A stretch of 20,731 nt of DNA from a virus. The notes below the pieces were generated by a model. It did no database searches. It was not told the DNA's origin and saw only the letters and a program-made list of their open reading frames with translations. Numbering within the stretch: the first letter of the stretch is position 1; every line of letters begins with the position of its first letter. Where the stretch lies: the IMG/VR virus record IMGVR_UViG_3300034069_001614. One strand, 5' to 3'. This document shows positions 16,701 through 20,731 of this stretch, in pieces. A program made the translations under genes and the position numbers.

Positions 16701-16768
16701 CCTGGTTGCGAGACAACGGTGATGTAACTTCCTGATGTTGAATAGGTAAGTTTGGAGCGGTTGCTCAC
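13703..16768 (-). CDS. tailspike/receptor-binding protein 3, same architecture
   Basis: GTG at 16768 gives (M)SNRSKLTYS, overlapping the upstream TGA, with GGGGAG RBS; WMDDGCHVLKYLKQVIEVTGD (DD 16016-16021); TSDATTK (SDATTK 14270-14287), RWHSGVIAQ, YTVRYEAL, terminal coiled coil. Confidence 0.9.
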   Translation of the reverse strand: MSNRSKLTYSTSGSYITVVSQPGDVLTDHNSGRIVTDDGNGGWIQHATSAELTTVSHAVSAKADAAATSAALGTKANVTDVTTSLAGKADTTALTAGLALKADAAAMTTALASKANSGDVTTSLLAKSDRYPTQPFTAMLAAFDRVYNNLTLRFVYPSGNFLWPGVRAQTNLCHQADTTSPPTAQPDLWAMATIHTPFYERWKLAQDQADTATASSVATMISNNWNYVQQKWSLSDLKALTVGTAIGWMDDGCHVLKYLKQVIEVTGDATAKAVIQEALAALLTSFLDPRQTGSDLYTYANVTPDGRSLKWNQWGVLYPPPNDKATQASTGYVSTIYEAKVSHVAGWLSQQSWVSAAYQAALLAYAKNRADFYYNTMRTGAPTTPAKAVQGIHWATLNLDPNIHSAVDMTFNNGNPVEGSYNGVNVYHQPRDQAFYDRPYRGLTAHFPDGTYEIGCTNYWVWKAGGGASYLAEFESILQAVTSDHGYARDYHGVRVFGVFRDAWIDGQALGDLTRCCRASVKAGNTTTDPIGYFRQVVVNTARSIVARSADGYLDADWMGRQYSPAPGRYTSTWIEDTGYNYAGPNGSGFGHPRQLTTNGCAGTVVGAAAGLAADHDPALSRSGVSGNYTIETLAADVAALTAAQETSASLFGGQLFADPFKIKLMNTGFHHDGYSFYVMGDTPITRFGFNRSSGAWEGTVGGTTVISCSTNATTVLNNLTVLNNGVSAFANSYGGQLYLGTPGGLPGLSLGIAGTYINASVLNGAGHISLVANNTEGLRIDAGNVTVYGAVTAGYHYQFSQDNVFNFASPSNRAAGIYLGNQPNVTSDATTKTEVTPFSPEELAAARAIAKILTKYKNKKAVADKGDSARWHSGVIAQAVIQELQTRNLIPAPSAGDLATDLPYDWVGHDSWDAIPAQEAVVAVPEISHLEDIVLGDGTLLLDADGKPRQQLIITQHGVPGRPAIPGVEAGSLYTVRYEALLVWIAAAHEQAISDLETSQTNLENNYQDLLKRVVALESR

Positions 16769-17091
16769 GCGGCCCACTCCCCAGTTGGGTAAGAACCACC
16801 ACTGCTGCCACCGGAACTACCCGTGTTGGAAACAACAACCCACTGTCCATTTTGACGAACATAGCTCTGCCCGTCTTTAGGAGCCTCAGGAATTTTGGCA
16901 TTCAAGGCGGCGGAGACATCAGTAACATTAGCTTTGGCAGCCAAGGCCGTTGTGGTGGTGATTGCATCAGCCTTGGTAGCAAGACCAGCTGTCAGGTCAG
17001 TAATATTAGCCTTTGCATCTAGCGCGGACTGTTCAACAGCGTTTTGAGCTTTAAAAATGGTGGAATCAGAAAGAAGCTTGGTGGCGGTCAT
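16765..17091 (-). CDS. mini-fibre: three 13-aa KAD/KAN repeats, fibritin foldon, Gly/Ser linker
   Basis: IPEAPKDGQSYVRQNGQWVVVS (16828-16893) vs T4 foldon [22 protein letters not shown], 15/22 identical; AAAGGA RBS. Confidence 0.88.
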   Translation of the reverse strand: MTATKLLSDSTIFKAQNAVEQSALDAKANITDLTAGLATKADAITTTTALAAKANVTDVSAALNAKIPEAPKDGQSYVRQNGQWVVVSNTGSSGGSSGGSYPTGEWAA

Positions 17092-17207
17092 GTGAAATCC
17101 TTTAGGTTCCCGTATGACGGAGGGGGGAAACTATAATATTTCACAAATAAGTCAGGTCTATCGAAGGAAAAACTATGCACCTTTTTAAACAAAAAAAACA
17201 AGAAAGA

Positions 17208-17723
17208 TCAGTAGTCGGCTATTACTAGCCGACTACTATCTTCACGATTAATGTCAACAGAGGTAGAACGGTCTACCAAAGGAAAAAGTATTTGGGCAAA
17301 TTCCAGCGGAAGATGAACACAACCATGGCTCGAACGATAGCCAGGGGTGATGCCTGCGTGCAGAGCAACACCGTCGTTGTTGAGCCACATCGTCCAGGGC
17401 ATATCAGCCTTGTATTTCTTGGACCAATGATGGTCTTCCTTGCCAAGAATGGTAAAGCTACCCGTCGGAGTGTCAAAACCACTACGGCCCGATGAAATAT
17501 TGGTGACTGCAAGAAGAGTATCCCCGGCGTAAACATAAGCCATCTGAGTCGCAAGGTTCACCTGGATGTGCGTCACCTTCTGCATTGAGGGATCGCTCAC
17601 CCACGCATAATCGCCGTTCCGCAGGATTGAATGATCATTAATGGAAGTGGTGGTGGTCAGATCTTTGGCAAAAGCCGATGCCGGGAACACCAGCATCAGC
17701 AAAGCAATCATCAGCGTCTTCAT
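17208..17723 (-). CDS. periplasmic L,D-transpeptidase (YkuD family)
   Basis: Signal peptide MKTLMIALLMLVFPASAFA; ISSGR.G..TPTG.F.I; catalytic ALHAG..PGYRSSHGCVHL; ATG at 17723 with AGGGG RBS. Confidence 0.92.
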   Translation of the reverse strand: MKTLMIALLMLVFPASAFAKDLTTTTSINDHSILRNGDYAWVSDPSMQKVTHIQVNLATQMAYVYAGDTLLAVTNISSGRSGFDTPTGSFTILGKEDHHWSKKYKADMPWTMWLNNDGVALHAGITPGYRSSHGCVHLPLEFAQILFPLVDRSTSVDINREDSSRLVIADY

Positions 17724-17783
17724 GAAGTATCCCCTGTTAAAATAGGAGCTAATAGAAACAATAGCATCCCTATTATCGTCACA

Positions 17784-17791
17784 GTAATACA
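17784..17791 (-). promoter_or_regulatory. early promoter motif variant TGTATTAC
   Basis: In the true intergenic gap, ~60 nt upstream of the L,D-transpeptidase ATG. Confidence 0.5.
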
Positions 17792-17817
17792 GGGGTTCAA
17801 TTGGATGATCTCGGTTT

Positions 17818-18093
17818 CTAGAAAACACGCGGTGGAAGGTTGCACAGCTCGCGATGACTAAAATACCGCCCATATTTACCTGTCCGCTTTTTCCAATTAA
17901 AAGGACAAAGGTAACCACGTTTAATAGATGTTTCAACAGTAACACCTTTACCACCGAACACAGTTATGTCGACGTATTTATTTCGATCATATCCGGTTAC
18001 CTTAACGTTACGTCGAGGTGCACGCTGTCCTGGTTTATCTCCTAGCTCAACGATGGGGTAATCAGTGGATCCATAAAGAGCACTTTTAGTCAT
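17818..18093 (-). CDS. conserved phage hypothetical protein
   Basis: TDYPIVELGD.PG..AP.R..V..YD.NKY...IK.GY pattern recalled from phage hypotheticals; ATGA overlap. Confidence 0.8.
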   Translation of the reverse strand: MTKSALYGSTDYPIVELGDKPGQRAPRRNVKVTGYDRNKYVDITVFGGKGVTVETSIKRGYLCPFNWKKRTGKYGRYFSHRELCNLPPRVF

Positions 18094-18476
18094 GACTTTT
18101 CAACCTTTGAAAGAAGACGGGGAAGGTAATCAGTAAACCGCTTGGCCTCTGCTTCTTTTTCCCGTAGTTTGTCTTGGAGTCTGAGGATCTCTATCCCAAT
18201 GGCATTAGCCCTGCTGTTTAAATATCGCTTGACTTCATCAGCGTCAGGGATGCGCATCGTCAAGCGAGACTCAGGTGAATAGATATCGATGTCAAACGAG
18301 TAATCTTGATTCTGGTTCTCCATGTCATCGAGCGACTTGACCTTGAAGGTGCGATTATCACAATTCACTAGGTAGATTTCAGCCGGACAATCCCAGCTAA
18401 AAGTGGAGGTATACCCGCGATACCAGATAATGGCACCAACTTTAATATCGCCTTCAGGTAGCTTGTTGTCAGACAT
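18090..18476 (-). CDS. hypothetical protein (beta-rich N-terminus, C-terminal coiled coil)
   Basis: AAAGGAG RBS; 128 aa. Confidence 0.8.
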   Translation of the reverse strand: MSDNKLPEGDIKVGAIIWYRGYTSTFSWDCPAEIYLVNCDNRTFKVKSLDDMENQNQDYSFDIDIYSPESRLTMRIPDADEVKRYLNSRANAIGIEILRLQDKLREKEAEAKRFTDYLPRLLSKVEKS

Positions 18477-18511
18477 TGAGTTCTCCTTTAATCTTGTAAA
18501 CGTCTACTACC

Positions 18512-18697
18512 TCAATCTTCTATCTGACCGATACTTTTACTAACTTTATCACGCAACTGAATGTAAAACATGATCCATGAAACGCCGATTAAAGTAATAG
18601 AGATCGTTTCATGTTCCGTAAAAGATTCGATCGTTCCTGTGATAAAAACAGCATAAGGAACTACTGTGTATAAAAATACCAAGATAAATAAACGCAT
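18512..18697 (-). CDS. small two-TM membrane protein
   Basis: Two hydrophobic stretches; AAAGGA RBS. Confidence 0.65.
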   Translation of the reverse strand: MRLFILVFLYTVVPYAVFITGTIESFTEHETISITLIGVSWIMFYIQLRDKVSKSIGQIED

Positions 18698-18711
18698 AAA
18701 GTTTGTCCTTT

Positions 18712-19539
18712 CTACAACGAAGTTATAACTGTGTCGAGCGGTACCTCACGCTCACCGCGTTGATTCCTGTTTCGGTACTTGCTTTGATACTCACGGCGCT
18801 GTTTGGTAACCTCGTAAAGGATGATTCCCGACGATGTTCCCAGGTTCATGCTTTCCACCATCCCATACATCGGAATAGCCACACACATCGAGCTACGCTC
18901 AACAGCACGATCACTGATCCCGCAACTCTCGGTACCAAACCACACCGCAAGCTTTGCTGCTTTGGTATAATCCCCTTCGTGGAGATAGATACTCTCCTTA
19001 CCTTTCACATGAGGAGATGTCACGATTGATGTGAAGTTCATTGCCTCCAAATGATCAAAGCATTCATCTGTGCTATCAAAGCGCTTCACAAAGCTCCACT
19101 TGGAAGCAGAAACTGACAGCTTACTCAGTTTAGGATTATGACGCAACTTTTCCCAATCATCAGGAATGCGATGATCAGGATCAACGATGTAGACCTTTTC
19201 CACACCCAAAGCGTTGACGTTACGGATCACCGAGGCAATGTTCATCAGATCCTTGGGATTCTCCAACACCGCAATGAGATGCCGGCAGCGGAAATCCTTG
19301 ATTGCATCTGCTCGTTGCCTCTTGGAACTCTTTTGAAGTTCCTCTACCCATTGAAGGTTGAGATCATCTGCCGTGAACACTTTTACTCGACCGCCCGGTC
19401 TCACACCTGTGATTTCCTTCAAACCAACATCCCAGCCAAGGACCCTGATGTCAATTTGCCCTAAAGTCTGAGACGCAGGAATAATGTCTCCTACAACAAC
19501 AGGAACACTACCTAAAGGGGTTGTGTAACAAAGCTTCAT
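18712..19539 (-). CDS. SpoU/TrmH-family SPOUT RNA 2'-O-methyltransferase with ~65-aa N-terminal extension
   Basis: VLENPKDLMNIASVIRNVNALGV, LAVWFGTESCGIS and VAIPMYGMVESMNLGTSSGIILYE (SPOUT motifs 1-3); AAGGAGG RBS. Confidence 0.92.
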   Translation of the reverse strand: MKLCYTTPLGSVPVVVGDIIPASQTLGQIDIRVLGWDVGLKEITGVRPGGRVKVFTADDLNLQWVEELQKSSKRQRADAIKDFRCRHLIAVLENPKDLMNIASVIRNVNALGVEKVYIVDPDHRIPDDWEKLRHNPKLSKLSVSASKWSFVKRFDSTDECFDHLEAMNFTSIVTSPHVKGKESIYLHEGDYTKAAKLAVWFGTESCGISDRAVERSSMCVAIPMYGMVESMNLGTSSGIILYEVTKQRREYQSKYRNRNQRGEREVPLDTVITSL

Positions 19540-19551
19540 CTAAAGACCTCC

Positions 19552-19920
19552 TTATCTAAAACCGCCAAGGCAATAAATAACAGAACCAAAAAGACCTGCC
19601 AATGCGATAAGCAAGCTAACACAGTAACAGGTAATAAAGATAGTCGTGAACGCTGCGTTAGGAGATGAGGTAGATTGATCAATAAACCAACATGCCACAA
19701 ACCCCCAGCAAGCGCCCCACACTAGCCCAACGGCAATAATAGGTCCAGTCCAGATGCCAAACATTCGGTGGAAATAGACGCCGATGGTAGAAAATATTGC
19801 AATTACCAGGATAAACAATAAGAGCGATATAAACAAGGCTAACCAAGGGCGAGGGTTACTAGAGCGTACAACACCACCACCTGTTCCGAAAAAGAAGGGA
19901 AAAAGCATAGGAAACATCAT
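19552..19920 (-). CDS. membrane protein (3-4 TM)
   Basis: Highly hydrophobic; AGGAG RBS. Confidence 0.75.
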   Translation of the reverse strand: MMFPMLFPFFFGTGGGVVRSSNPRPWLALFISLLLFILVIAIFSTIGVYFHRMFGIWTGPIIAVGLVWGACWGFVACWFIDQSTSSPNAAFTTIFITCYCVSLLIALAGLFGSVIYCLGGFR

Positions 19921-19931
19921 TGTTCTCCTGA

Positions 19932-20486
19932 TTAGAGATAACCGTACTTTACACGAAACGCAATACGACGAACCCTTTCTTCAAACACAGCGAAACCCAT
20001 CGGGTATTTCTGCTCTGACTGAGGAGGGTTCCTAAACGGTGTATAAGAGCTGGTGTAGTTGGCGCAGGAACGATCATAACGCCGGCGTGATTCCCTTCTG
20101 CGACGGGCTTCATGAAGAAGCACTGCAATGGAGCGTTCACGCAAGCGAGCAGCAAGACCTGCTGGAACAGGCCTATGATGTTCCCGATTCTCTCGGATCA
20201 CTTCTTTGTGGTGGTACTGCTTGCCCCGAGTATAACTCTTCCAATTGCGAAAGTCGTTCTTTCGCCCCACGCCGGAATAGCGGCCATTCTCACCAGTACC
20301 GCTGTGACTACCATAGTCTTTACTAGCAGTAGGTTGAGCGCCTGTACGAATACCCAGAAGCAGTTCGCGTTTCGCTGATTGTCGATGAGACCCGCCTCGT
20401 TCTTCGATGTTGGTCATCATGGTTTCTTCGTCGTACTGAATACCATCTGAAGGTGATATCCGACGACGTCCCGATCCTTTACTCAT
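19932..20486 (-). CDS. basic, Arg-rich hypothetical protein
   Basis: 184 aa; contains RNWKSY.R.KQY; GAGG immediately before and AAGGG upstream of the ATG. Confidence 0.7.
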   Translation of the reverse strand: MSKGSGRRRISPSDGIQYDEETMMTNIEERGGSHRQSAKRELLLGIRTGAQPTASKDYGSHSGTGENGRYSGVGRKNDFRNWKSYTRGKQYHHKEVIRENREHHRPVPAGLAARLRERSIAVLLHEARRRRESRRRYDRSCANYTSSYTPFRNPPQSEQKYPMGFAVFEERVRRIAFRVKYGYL

Positions 20487-20501
20487 CCTCTTTTTCCCTT
20501 G

Positions 20502-20731
20502 CTAAAGTTTATCACACTCAGCTTTCACATTCTCAAGAAGAGATTGGATTTGTTCGAATTTCTGAGCATCTTCATTACTAGTAACATTTCTGTCACTATA
20601 CTTACCTTGATCAACTCTCCATGAAATTGCTTTGGTAAGCGCATGAATATTGTGAGTGGCTACTGCTCTTCGCAGTGCTGGTGTACTCTTTTCTTCATCA
20701 GTTGGAAGTCCTTGTAAAAGCATGCAGCCAG
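20502..20731 (-). CDS. hypothetical protein, probably 5'-truncated by the window edge
   Basis: Frame stays open upstream of ATG 20723 to the window end. Confidence 0.65.
   Translation of the reverse strand, partial: GCMLLQGLPTDEEKSTPALRRAVATHNIHALTKAISWRVDQGKYSDRNVTSNEDAQKFEQIQSLLENVKAECDKL

Noticed and set aside
16765-16820. Programmed -1 frameshift fusing the foldon protein to spike 3
   Set aside because: The frames would allow it after a TAG in the -1 frame, but there is no X XXY YYZ slippery heptamer. Spike 3 has its own RBS, a GTGA coupling overlap and a start matching spike 1.
7368-17091. Diversity-generating retroelement or invertible tail-fibre cassette
   Set aside because: Despite Mtd_N-like heads, no reverse transcriptase, TR/VR pair, invertase or inverted crossover sites were seen; paralogues are diverged and co-oriented
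17107-17130. Small leader hairpin (TCCGT-CAT-ACGGG) before the mini-fibre, and a similar one at ~10556-10568
   Set aside because: Stems of 4-5 bp are too short to distinguish from chance; no TATG found on the coding strand upstream of 17091
17724-17954. 77-aa N-terminal extension of the L,D-transpeptidase
   Set aside because: Overlaps 17818..18093; RBS, signal peptide and promoter motif support ATG 17723
1-20731. tRNA, rRNA, CRISPR array, integrase or IS element
   Set aside because: None recognised; intergenic gaps are short and explained by hairpins and promoter motifs (by eye only)

Overview
Segment of a large lytic phage genome, most likely a phiKZ-like jumbo phage (Chimalliviridae). Support: a conserved phiKZ-type virion gene, phiKZ-like early (TATATTAC) and late (TATG) promoter motifs, and dense, mostly minus-strand small genes. 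The host may be an alphaproteobacterium (inference from the L,D-transpeptidase and a TacA/NtrC-type Fis HTH). The centre (7.4-17.1 kb) is a receptor-binding array: a 108-aa mini-fibre with a T4-fibritin foldon, then three paralogous ~920-1060-aa tailspikes. Each spike has an Mtd_N-like head, 13-aa KAD/KAN repeats, a GH76-like domain with the Asp-Asp pair, a beta needle and a peptidase S74 self-cleaving chaperone. The array is flanked by cell-envelope genes: an MdoC/OpgC-like AT3 acyltransferase, a lipoprotein and a YkuD L,D-transpeptidase. Also present: a SPOUT RNA methyltransferase, a DEDDh exonuclease, a dual-HTH regulator, a truncated HNH endonuclease and a family of long hairpins. All calls come from manual motif recognition; no database search was run.
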